From positions 16,927,638 to 16,991,637 of the forward strand of contig NC_068983.1 in NCBI RefSeq assembly GCF_001194135.2: a stretch of 64,000 bases of DNA, in the 5' to 3' direction. The first letter of the stretch is position 1. The number at the start of each line of letters is the position of its first letter. The position numbers and the translations under genes were made by a program. Positions 12,843 through 24,400 of this stretch are shown here, piece by piece. The notes beneath the pieces are model-generated. The model was not told the DNA's origin. It did not search any database and worked only from the letters and a program-made list of their open reading frames with translations. This DNA comes from Octopus bimaculoides. Taxonomy: Eukaryota.

Positions 12843-14600
12843 TTAAATATCCATTTTTCCATGCTTGCATGAGTCATATGGAATTTGTTGAAGTAGACTT
12901 TCTACAACTTGATGTTCTCACTGTCACCAACCCTCACCTGTTTCCCATCGAAGTTATCTTTCTCATGTCCAGACATTTTTCACAGAAGGCAGGAAACAAA
13001 TGATATACTCATTTACAATCATCACATGGTGTCAAGAGAATGATACAGACACACACACACCCATATATGATGGGCTTTTTTCAGTTTCTGTGTACCATAT
13101 CCATTCAAAGATTTTGTTTGACCTGGGCTATAGTGAGAAACACTTATCCGGTGTGCTTTGCATTGAAAATGTACATATGTGTGTGGTGTATCATTGTGAT
13201 GTATGTATATGTATATATATCCAAAAAAATATATATCTGTATATGTATGTATACCTCCCACACACATATACACTAACATGTATATAAACTTAACAAAACC
13301 AGTAGTTTGCTCCTAGATTATCAAGTTTTTAGACATCTTGAACTTATGTGAAACTGCTTAAATTTGTTCCCATTAATTTCCTACTTACTGAAACCTACCT
13401 AACAACTGAACCTACCCAGTAATCATTAAGTGTTAACTCATTCACTGTTGCTTTTGTGCATAATACTTTAATCTTTACAGATTTATAAAGAGATTCTTCT
13501 CTCCTAACAATTTTTTATACTGGAAACAAAGAGGCAGGGTAGCTTATTAGTAGTATGGCCAGTTGTTCACGATTTAAAATAATTGTTTAGCGAGAGCTGT
13601 TTCAAATTGTGTTGTGATATACTTAATTCAATCAACTGATTTTCATACTCACATTATATGAAGGAGACACAGTGGCTGAGTGGATAAAAATTAATTTTTC
13701 AATTTGAGAGTAATGTAATAATCTTTTTTTATTGTGTTAAGGGTTTCAGCATGTGCAAAGCACTAAATACCTCCTTTGTGTTTCTATGGTAGTAGAGTAA
13801 CTAATGAAATGGGAAATGATTGTGTGATACATGCAGAGGATGTACAATGTGTATCTCTCTTACTTTTAGAATAGTTTTACCATGTCTCTTCCCTGTGTGT
13901 TGTAAGAGGTAGCATCTGTCTTCAAAACACTGCCTTTAAAAACCTATCCAATCTATGCGAGCATGAAAATGATAATTATGAATACACACACAGTAGCTGA
14001 TGTTAACTGGAAAGCCTGCTTGTAGTACCTATCAGTACCAAATCCTCTAATACAAGAATAAATTTTATGGTTAAGTGTTTGGCTTTCACATGTAAAGCAT
14101 CAAAAGTAGATTTAACAATTCATGGTAGTATAGTATGCTTAAGGGAGCCTATTTATGGTTAGTTGATCTGCTGGATAGCTATCAAAATTTCCTCAAATTA
14201 AACCATTCCCATTTTTTTTTTTAAAAAGGGCACACTTTGTACCAGGCATTTGCAACTTTTCTCCAGAAGCAGACCACATAAGACAGCTTGTTATCAGGTG
14301 CACTACACTATTAAAATATTTGAGGTAATTTTTCATTAGGTGCACCATTTAGAAAGTCCTGTGTTCTGCAGTTTACCCATGACTGCTTTAGTTGTTATGT
14401 CTGGAATACCATTTTTTATACATTTATGTTTGACCAGGACTGATCTTTGGCTGAACAACTTGATATCAGTTGAGTTACTCTTATCTTCAGTTTCTTCTTC
14501 CCCCTTAACAATATACTGTTTGTAAGTTTATTATCATAGTTGATATTAGTGATACTATTTGTGTAAAGACTGTATTGAATTTATATTTTATATTTTACAG

Positions 14601-14646
14601 TGACTATTGGTGAAATCCATAATCAAGGGGACTTGGTGTCACAAAG
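14601..14646 (+). other. Candidate 46-nt non-coding 5'UTR exon of TBL1
   Basis: Acceptor ttatattttatattttacag| and donor aag|gtcagt, in apparently unique sequence 1.3 kb upstream of the ATG exon. No transcript evidence available. Confidence 0.45.
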
Positions 14647-15231
14647 GTCAGTATGAATAGAATATTATTAATTTTAAGCTCTGCTATAAGTTTTAACATT
14701 ATCATGTTAAAATGTTCAAATGGGGAGAAGTGTTTTTTTTTTATGTGGCAGGGTGGGGGTGGAGATAAAATATGAACGATTTTATGCCAAAGTATTGGTT
14801 TGGTTTTCGCATTATTGAGCAAGAAACTACATCCTGTTAATGGAGTTCTTGTGAAAACCATGATGGAATACACAATTAATGTGTAATGTATGGAAAATTG
14901 GTATGAAAAGAAGAAATTGTTTGGTTAAGTTTTATTAAGAAGTTAGTAGTTAATGAAATATCTCCTCTTTGTTGGTGATGTGTACTTAAAGGATCAGAAT
15001 GTAAGAAGAATATTTTTTCATTACTAGAAGACTGCCATCAAGCAGACTTGAACTTTCTCCCAGTTCAAATACTTTGTTACTTGTGTGTGTGCATGTTACT
15101 GTCACCTTATCTTGACATGATTGTTGTGTCACTGTCATACAAGTGGTGTCCTTTGTTTCCAGTCTTCTACAAAAACATGTTTGGTCATGGGGAATATGGA
15201 TATTAGAATGATGATGAAATGCAATGATATC

Positions 15232-15490
15232 ATCATCATCATCATCATCATCGTTTAACGTCTGCTTCCCATGCTAGCATGGGTTGGATGATTTGACCGA
15301 GGACTGGTGAACCAGATGGCTACACCAAGCTCCAATCTGATTTGGCAGAGTTTCTACAGCTGGATGCCCTTCCTAACGCCAACCACTCTGAGAGTGTAGT
15401 GGGTGCTTTTACGTGTCACCGGCATGAAGGCCAGTCAGGCGGTACTGGCAATGGCCATGCTCAAAATGGTGTATTTTACGTGCCACCTGT
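15232..15490 (-). mobile_element. (GAT)n-tailed modular repeat copy (5'-truncated)
   Basis: Near-identical to 1165-1410 apart from several CpG-decay substitutions. Confidence 0.85.
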
Positions 15491-15499
15491 GCATGTGTG

Positions 15500-15538
<39 letters not shown>

Positions 15539-15939
15539 TAATATTAGTGAGGCTGTCTTGTGACTAAAAAGTGTTCTCTTAGTAGTGGATGCCTTGTATC
15601 TGAGGATTTTAACATGGAATAAACTGTTGCACACCAGCCATTGTAGCAACAGAAATGATCAGAATTTAAGTCTGGATCTGATAGTGAAATGATCGAGGAC
15701 TCTCATTTTAGGTAGAACTAGTTTGATGCAATACCTATTCCCAATTGGTTGATGTAATGTGAAGTTTTTGACTTGTAAAACAAATTGCCATCCATAGATT
15801 TGAGTATAAACTTAGATGAACTTAGTTGATTTAGCTTATAATCAAGTAATCCTTTAATACCATAAACATTCAGTGAGCTCAGTTTTTGTTATTTACATTA
15901 AGATTTAGTCTACTTTTTTTTTGAAATTTTTATTTTCAG

Positions 15940-16005
15940 GATAAGCTTTTATCGATGATTACCAAATGAAGAAAAGCAAGTCATAATTGCTCTTTGGATA
16001 CCATA
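15940..16005 (+). other. 5'UTR part of the ATG-containing exon, with two short uORFs
   Basis: Acceptor tttttattttcag| at 15939; uORF 15955-15969 (MITK*) and uORF 15966-15986 (MKKSKS*). Confidence 0.75.
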
Positions 16006-16063
16006 ATGAGCTTTAGCAGTGACGAAGTTAATTTCCTTGTATATAGGTACCTACAAGAATCAG
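16006..16063 (+). CDS. TBL1XR1: TBL1 coding exon 1 (LisH start: [20 protein letters not shown])
   Basis: ATG at 16006 with A at -3; donor G|gtaagt at 16064. The exon itself begins at 15940 after tattttcag. Confidence 0.96.
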
Positions 16064-18417
16064 GTAAGTCTATAATTCACTTTAAAAAAAAAATGTCTAA
16101 CAAAATCTTATTGTAAAGCACACATGGTACAGGTATGGTTGTGTGATGAAGAAATTCACTTCATAACCATATGGTTTTGTGTTCATTCCCACTGTGTGTC
16201 ACTTTGGGCCAGTGTCTTTTATAATTCTGGGCCAGCTAATACCATGTGAATGAATTTGTTAGATGGAAAGTGAAGGAAAATATGTTGTGTATTACGTATG
16301 TATGTATGTGTACACGTGTTGATTTATTAAGCTTTCCTCTCCATTCAACAGCCTATGTTTGTTTGTTTATGTCTTATAACTTAGCAGTTCAGTAATAGAA
16401 GACCTTGTCGGAATAAGTACCAGGCTTGAAAAAATGGTTTAATTTGTTCTATAAAACACTTCAATGTGGTGTCTTGGCATGACTGCAGCCCCATGATTGA
16501 AACAAATGAAAGAGTGTGAGGTGTTTAATTGGATGTCATGATTTATCAAAAAGCTAATGTTCTTGTTTTTTGTTTCTTCCAAATGATTACAATATTTTAA
16601 GGCATTAGTTCCCCCCCCCCCATGTTGGTGTGATCCCAGTTTTATGCATACCATATGCAGTATTGAAAATATTTTTTTGTTATTTATAATACCAATAAAG
16701 ATTGTTTGAACACACTCTCACCCACACGCACACACTCTCTATATCCCNNNNNNNNNNNNNNNNNNNNNNNNNNNNNNNNNNNNNNNNNNNNNNNNNNNNN
16801 NNNNNNNNNNNNNNNNNNNNNNNNNNNNNNNNNNNNNNNNNNNNNNNNNNNNNNNNNNNNNNNNNNNNNNNNNNNNNNNNNNNNNNNNNNNNNNNNNNNN
16901 NNNNNNNNNNNNNNNNNNNNNNNNNNNNNNNNNNNNNNNNNNNNNNNNNNNNNNNNNNNNNNNNNNNNNNNNNNNNNNNNNNNNNNNNNNNNNNNNCACC
17001 CTCTCTATCTCCCCTCTCCCCCTCTATGTATCCCCCTCCCCCTCTTTCTCTCTTTTAATCATTTAGTTAGGAGCTCATAATCCTTTGCAAGGCTTCTCGG
17101 ATTGGTAGCTAGGAGGGAAGAAGATATCCTCAGATTAGTGGGTGATACCCAGTCCACCACTCAACCTCAACTAGGCCTTCACAGGATTTCAGCTTAGAAT
17201 GTAAAGAACCAGAAAAAGATACAATGCATCTTGTCTGGTACTGTTACATTTCTGTCATTTCACTGCTCCAGATTGGTCCTTTTTAAAATTTTTTTTTTGA
17301 TCTCCAAAAGGTGGAAAGCACAGTTGACCTTGGCAGGATTTGAATTTAAAGAGTAGAGAGTTAGAACAACTATTATAAGGCATTCTAACTCGCATTCAAA
17401 TGACTACCAAATTGTTGTGTAAATAATGGTTATATATTGTTGGCAACAAAAATGCTGTCAACTTGTTTTAGTTAGGATACTTTAGGTATATGTTGGATAT
17501 TTTCCTACCTAAGTTTTCATAAAACTGCATAAATAATAATTTGTCTTGATTGGTGAGTTTTTGTTGGAAATTGAAGGGAAATTTAGTAACTAACTGCTCT
17601 TTATGATGCTTTAAATTATCTTTTTTCACTTGATATTGAAAAATTGTTTGAAAAAGATAATGCTCCAAATTTTCAGAGGCCTCACAAAATTGAAGTAAAT
17701 TCTAGTCGTCTTGGTTACGAAACCAGGATCTAGATCTGCAGAGCTAGATAGTTAAGATGTCTTTGCAGCTATAAGGTCCCAGGTTTGATCCTACTGACAC
17801 AGTAGCAAATGGTCATTTTCTCTAGCCTCAGGTTGGCCTGTACTTAGTGGGCAAATGTCATATTTCATTGCTTCAAGCCTGACCCACACTTATTGGGTTA
17901 GTGGAAACTGTATAGAAGCCCATCAAGTGGATTGTACCTGTATTTCAAAATGGTTCATCCTTGTTACACTCTGTCCTGTTGATTCTGCTTAAGGATTATA
18001 TAAAGGCTACATGTGTCTGTAGAATGCCCACACATAAATTCAGGAGCAGGTAATTTAAGCTGTTTATATTTTATTGTTATTTTCATTTCATACAGTGGTG
18101 ATATATTGATATACTAGCTCCTGACCTATACTTACACTTGCCATGCAGGTAAATTATGTTTCTCATGCACTGGATATGTAGGAACAAAGTTTCAAGTGAA
18201 GACATTTTTCCATATCCAGCTGTGTAAAAAAACAATTGAGCTTTCTTTAGATCAAGTTTTTTTTCTGAAAGTACATGTAAATTATATTTTAATTATTCAC
18301 ATGACATAGTTTTGGCTCGTCTCTGTGACTATTGTTCAAATGAATATCTGTCTTGTTCTACTAGTTTTTTTTTTTCACACCAAGGCTTTTTTCTTTCTAT
18401 TTAGTAAGGTACAGTGA

Positions 18418-18456
<39 letters not shown>

Positions 18457-21400
18457 GTTTTCTTTATCCCACATAAGATAAAATTGTTTCTGTGACTGAC
18501 ATCTTCATCACCTTGTTTTAATGATCACCTTTCCATGCTTGTGTAGATTAGACAGAATTTATCTAGGCAGATTTTCTATGATTGGTTGTTCTTTCAGTCA
18601 CCAGTCCTCACCTGTTTTCAAGTAAGGTAATATTTCCTCTAGTTGTTTGAACACAAACAACCACAGGGGCCAGACATGTTTTCACAGAAGATTGCAAATG
18701 GAAGACCCTGCTTGTATGGCGGTATTTGTTTACTATTAGCATGCTGTGTCAAGACAAGGAGACCCGAATAGGCATACATACTCATACACATACATAGGCT
18801 TCTTTCAGATTCCATCTACCAAATCCACCCACACAGCTTTGGTCAACCTGATGTTGTAGTATAAGACACTCGTCCAAGATACTGCACAGTGGGACTGAAC
18901 CCGAAACCATTTAGTTGCAAAACAAATATTTTAATTACACATCCATGACCCTGCACTCATCATCTTTATTAATTTTTGTACCTGGATTCTTCAGGTACAA
19001 AACTAAAGATTATTGTATGGAGATTGCTGTTTCTCTTAGTCAGTTAAATTTTTGTGTTTTAGAAAGAGTCTTACAGAATAATCAGTCAATTCATTTATCT
19101 TTGTAAAGCAAGATAACATTTCTTGTTTTGATTGATTTACTCTTCATGTTTCAATTGTCTAGAAATACCTTGAGCTATAAATATGAGCCCTGTTCCATGA
19201 AATTCTGGTAGAGGTTTAATAGTGTGTGTGTGCATGTGCATGCACATGCCAGTTTTAGCACAGAATATTGTCACAGACTATTTTGACACTTTCCTGATTG
19301 GAGCTATTTTTGATTTGAGTTTATAATTATGTAGCAAAAATCATTAACCACATTAGAAAAGATGGGGAAAATAGGCAGTCAATAGGTTCAGTAAACATGG
19401 GCAATTGGTAAATTTGGTCTTTGTTAGGAGTGAAGAGTCTAAAGAGAACCTTGGTAGAGTAGTAATGTAATGACTGGTGAAAGTGGAAAAAAGAGAGTAG
19501 GTTAAAAGTTGGAGGTGAGGTGATGACAATGAGTCAAAGATGTTGAGGGTGAGAATATATGTTCTGAAAAAAGAGGGCTGATACAGAGACATGGTTGGTG
19601 TGATAGGTATAGGGAGGAAAGACTGGCAGTGTAATGTGAATTAAATAACTTTCCAAGTTGGAGTTTCGGTTGCTTAGAAATGTGCATATATTCTACTTAA
19701 TTACATTATAATAAGAATTAGCTAAGTTACTTTGTAATAGTGTCTTTCTTTTGGCTACTCATATGCTATCATTATCTTCATTATCATCCTTTGACCCTTT
19801 TGTTACTAACCCGGCCGTAGCCGGCTGAAAAATTTTTTTGGTTCATAAGACTAACCCGGCTGTAGCCGGCCGAACGTACCCATTGTTATTTAAATGTATA
19901 TTTGAACCCAAATCTCGTTAGTACATTCGTTAAAACACCTGATTTCACTTTGCAAACAGTTGAGTTATTGTCTCCGACATTGTTTGGCGTGATATTTGAA
20001 CTCAGTGAATTTTGGAAGATTTTTTTCCACATTTTTTGCGGCGTTAATTTTTTTGAACTTTGAAGATAGAGAGGAGTTTCATGCTATCAAGCAGTAATTC
20101 CAAATTTGAAGGTTTTTCAACAGAAGATATGGAGATATCGAAGAAAAGAATGAATGAGCTACAAAAGCACATAGTGAACGATAATGAATCGGATATTTCT
20201 GTATCCGAAACTGAAAGCAGTGACGGCGACAGCGAGGATGATTTTACACCAGAAAAAGATTTTAAAAATATTTTTATTAACAATTTTTCTGAGGAAACAG
20301 GGTCTACCCATAGTCTTTCTCAGGAAGCGAAACCTTTAGACTTCTTTTTCATGCTTGTTTGAAATGATTACTGCGGAAACGAACCGTTATGCAGACTGTA
20401 AACAAACCGGGAAAAAAAGATAGCTTGTGGTTTCCTGCAACTGTAGATGAAATACGGGCATTTTTTGCCATAAATATTGTTATGGGTATTAGATAGTTAC
20501 CCAGAATAACAAATTACTGGAGTGATTAGAAACCTTTTGGTGATGAATATATTTCCAGTATTATGAACGAGTACGATTCGTGAAGCTGAGCCAGTATTTA
20601 CATGTGAGAGACACTAGCAATACCCCCTCCCCCCCCAGTACGTAAGGAGAACTTTGAAACAAAAATTATGCAATAGCATTAAGAACCCTTTCTTTAATTA
20701 TGTTCCAAATATCACATTAATATGTTGATAAATAAAAAAGTTACAGGTGTTTAATGAGACTAGTCTAAATTCATGATTATTTCAGAATTTAATTGAAACT
20801 CATGAGTTGGATGGTTTGACAAGAGCTGGCAAACTGGAGAGCTGCACCAGATTCCAGTCTGATTTGGCTTGGTTTCTACAGCTTGATGCCCTTCCTAATG
20901 CCAACCACTTTACAGTGTGTGCTGGATGCATTTAACGTGGCAACAACACTAGTATTTTTTACATGATACCAGTACAGGACCAGATGGAGTGGCCCTTTTC
21001 ATTAATTTCTTATACCCACTCCTACTGTCCTCTACTTCAACTGCCATCTTTTTTTATTATTGTTGGGTTCTATGATGCTTCTACATTTTATTTTTGTTAT
21101 CCATTCTCATAATTAATCTCTTTTAAACTTAGCAGAATGTTGACTTCTGATTAACTATTTTTGACTACTATTCGTGTTCATTGCAACTATTCGTGTTCAT
21201 TGCAATTTTTCTTCAGTCCTTAGTTATTCGCTCTCACAATTCGTAACCATGAAGTTTTAGAATATAACACATCTTGCACATATACAACAATCACATTTAT
21301 GTCCAGAGAGTTAATTCCTGCGTTAGGAAAGGCATCCAGCTATAGAAACCAAGTCAAAACAGACTATAGAACCTGGTGCAGCCCTTGACCTTACCAGTTC

Positions 21401-24400
21401 CTGTCAAGCTGTCTAACACACCTAACATGGGAAACGGATGTCAAATGTTGGTGATGATGATGAGTTCTTCAGAATAATAATTTTGTTATAGCATTATTGT
21501 TATATTGCATCAAGAACTTTTGTTCTTATAAATTATGATAGAATTGTTGGGCAAGTATTTCAAAGAGAATCTTTTATTGTATGAGCTATGTTTGATTTTA
21601 GTAGTCCAATAACAATGTAGAATTTGTGAACTTAATAATATTTGTAGACTGATATTTAGCAACCACCCACTAACACTCTAATACTACCATACCACTAACC
21701 TACTTTATCTTCTTTCTATCACTTCTACTGTTGCTATGATGCGCGTTCTCTCCTCTTGTAAACGAGCAAACTATTTGCAATTCTTTGGAGCATCCTCCTT
21801 GCTCACATTCTTTTTGAAGCATTGGCCTGCAAAAAGTGAAACTGAATATCAGCTACATCAATTTTACCAATTTGGGAAGTCAATAAAATGAACATACCTA
21901 TAATACACACACACACACACACACACACCCCTCCCTCCCTCCCTCCCTTGGTAGGCTGAGCCATTAATTTGAGTGTTTTCCCCCCTGTACAAATGATAGA
22001 AACCTTTGATGTGTTGGCTGGTTGGTAATCTAGTACACTTATGGAATTGGCCACTGTCCATCTCACACCAATTGTTATAGAATATAGCTTTGGTAGTGTT
22101 GATCAACTTGGATGACTTGAAATGCAAACATACTTGTGTCATAATTATCTTTTAGCTTCTATCTATTTATACACAAAGTTTCTTTAAACCACCAAGATTT
22201 TTTTAAATGGCTGCATGTATTTCCTTTAGTACTGTTCATTCATACTGATTGTCTTACTTCCATTTATTTAGAAACCAAAGCGTTTGTTTTGTAGAATATA
22301 TTTTCGACCATTCTATTGGATTATTTTATCAGTATCTTGTCAGATGTGATCATGTATCATCCATAGTTGTTTCAGTTCCAAATGGAATAATGGGTTATAT
22401 GCAGTAATGATTATTTTCTTATACTTTCTGTCTGTCTGTTGTTGAATATTTGAGTAGTTAAGAATTATGTTACAGACACAGCTTCATTGAAGATTGAAAG
22501 GTGCTGGCAAATATAGCTCCCAATTCTTAACACTCCCTGGAACCCTCTGGCTGCAACTTGTCAGGAATCAAGATCTCTTGTAAGATGGTGCTGAATTGAA
22601 ACATGTCAGTAGTATAGCATTGCCAGTAGTGTGTGTGTGTGTGTAATTTCAATAAATGGGGTATCCAGCAGCTTACAGCGACCAACACACAATACCTATT
22701 GTCTTGCAAATTCTCCTTGTCATAAGGAATAGTCACTGGAAGGCCAAATATGTGCAGTTAAAACCAGCAGACCATCTTCACTACCTAAAACCATTTTTTA
22801 TCCAGCTTCTCAAGAAATGAACGTTCTAGTAGGCATGCGCCTCCAGTTTCATCAGCATTGTATACTTGCTCTGGTGTGTAGCCTCCTTCAGCAATCATTT
22901 TCAACTGCTCAGGATAATTGGTAGCAGCCTCAGCATCAGTGCTTGCAGCTTCACCAATCCTTTTTATGTTGTGCAAATTTGTGTCTTTCTTAAACATTTC
23001 AAACCAGCTATTACTAGTCAAAAAGGGATTTTCTTTTAGAAGTTTCACCTCCCTTTTTCTGCAAATTGTCATATAAACTTTTAGCTCTTTTTTGAATGGT
23101 TATGATATTCACTGGCACATTACGCCGATTCTAATCTCTGATCTGTATACTCAAAATTTGTTCCATTTTAAGCATTATATTAGATCTATGGAAAAATAAG
23201 GTCCGGACAGTTAGAGTAGCTTCTTGAACACTTGGCATAATTTTCTCTCTGTTTTGTATTGTTCCCACTGTAGATGTTGCAAGATTTAATGATATGTCGT
23301 CAGTATAACTTAGTTTTACCTCAGTATCAAGTATTTTTGAAACGTCAAGTTTAATATCCAGTATAATCCTTTTATGGTTCCTTTTTGCACAACTACCTTC
23401 AGGCTCACTTGATAACTTCTCTCCACATTTTAAATTGGAGGCAAGTCCAACAGTGGTGGTGATTAATTATTCACAACAAATATGTAGTGAAAGAAAATTG
23501 GCTCAGGAAAAGATCTGATTTGTCAGGGTAGAAAATAGTCTTATTCCTATTGATGTAGTAATGAAAATGAGATGAAAAGGTAAATAACTGAGGAAGAAAA
23601 AGTACTTACATAAATACATTTAGCTGAAGGTTTGCCAGATTTTATAGACAATTCACCTCTTGTGCTTCTGATTTAAGACATAAATACGCACATACTCACC
23701 CCCCCCCCCACACATACTCATGCACATGTGTTGACATACATGCTGGTATCTGTTGTAGCTAGTTGGATTCAAATGTTGGTGGGTTGATAGGGGTTGCACT
23801 GGTTTAGATGTTAGCGACAATGGACAGGCATTGTTGGTGTTGTAGTGGTTCTTGCTAATTGTATTGTGGCTGTTTAGTCTCAAGTCAATCCTCATAGAAT
23901 ATCAGATATTTCTTTCAACTTTTAAAATACTCTAAGATACCACGTTTCTTTTTGAAATGGATTTGCTTATCTACTTCATACTATTGCATACACGCACGCA
24001 CACACACACACACACGCACATATGTGTATGCATACATGTGTGTAAAATGATGGTAGTTTTTAAGATCATTAACTATATATACTTTGATCTCAACTAAAAC
24101 ACAAGTGGCCAGTGAGGTAAGAAGAAAGTGTAGTTTTAAGTAAACAAATTTAAAACTATGCAAAACAAGTTTCCTAACAGCGAAATTATAGACTGTACTT
24201 TTGAAATTAATAGTCATACTTTATAATTTCTGTAAAAGTTCATAACTTGAGGTAGCTGTAATGCAGGGGAATGCCTTGTACTTTCGTTAACAAATGTTTC
24301 CAGTTGAATACTTTCATTAAATTCATGAGATAGTGTTAGAATAAAATAAGCAGTTCTGAATTGTCTTTAATGAACTTTATCAAAACTGTATTTATAATCA

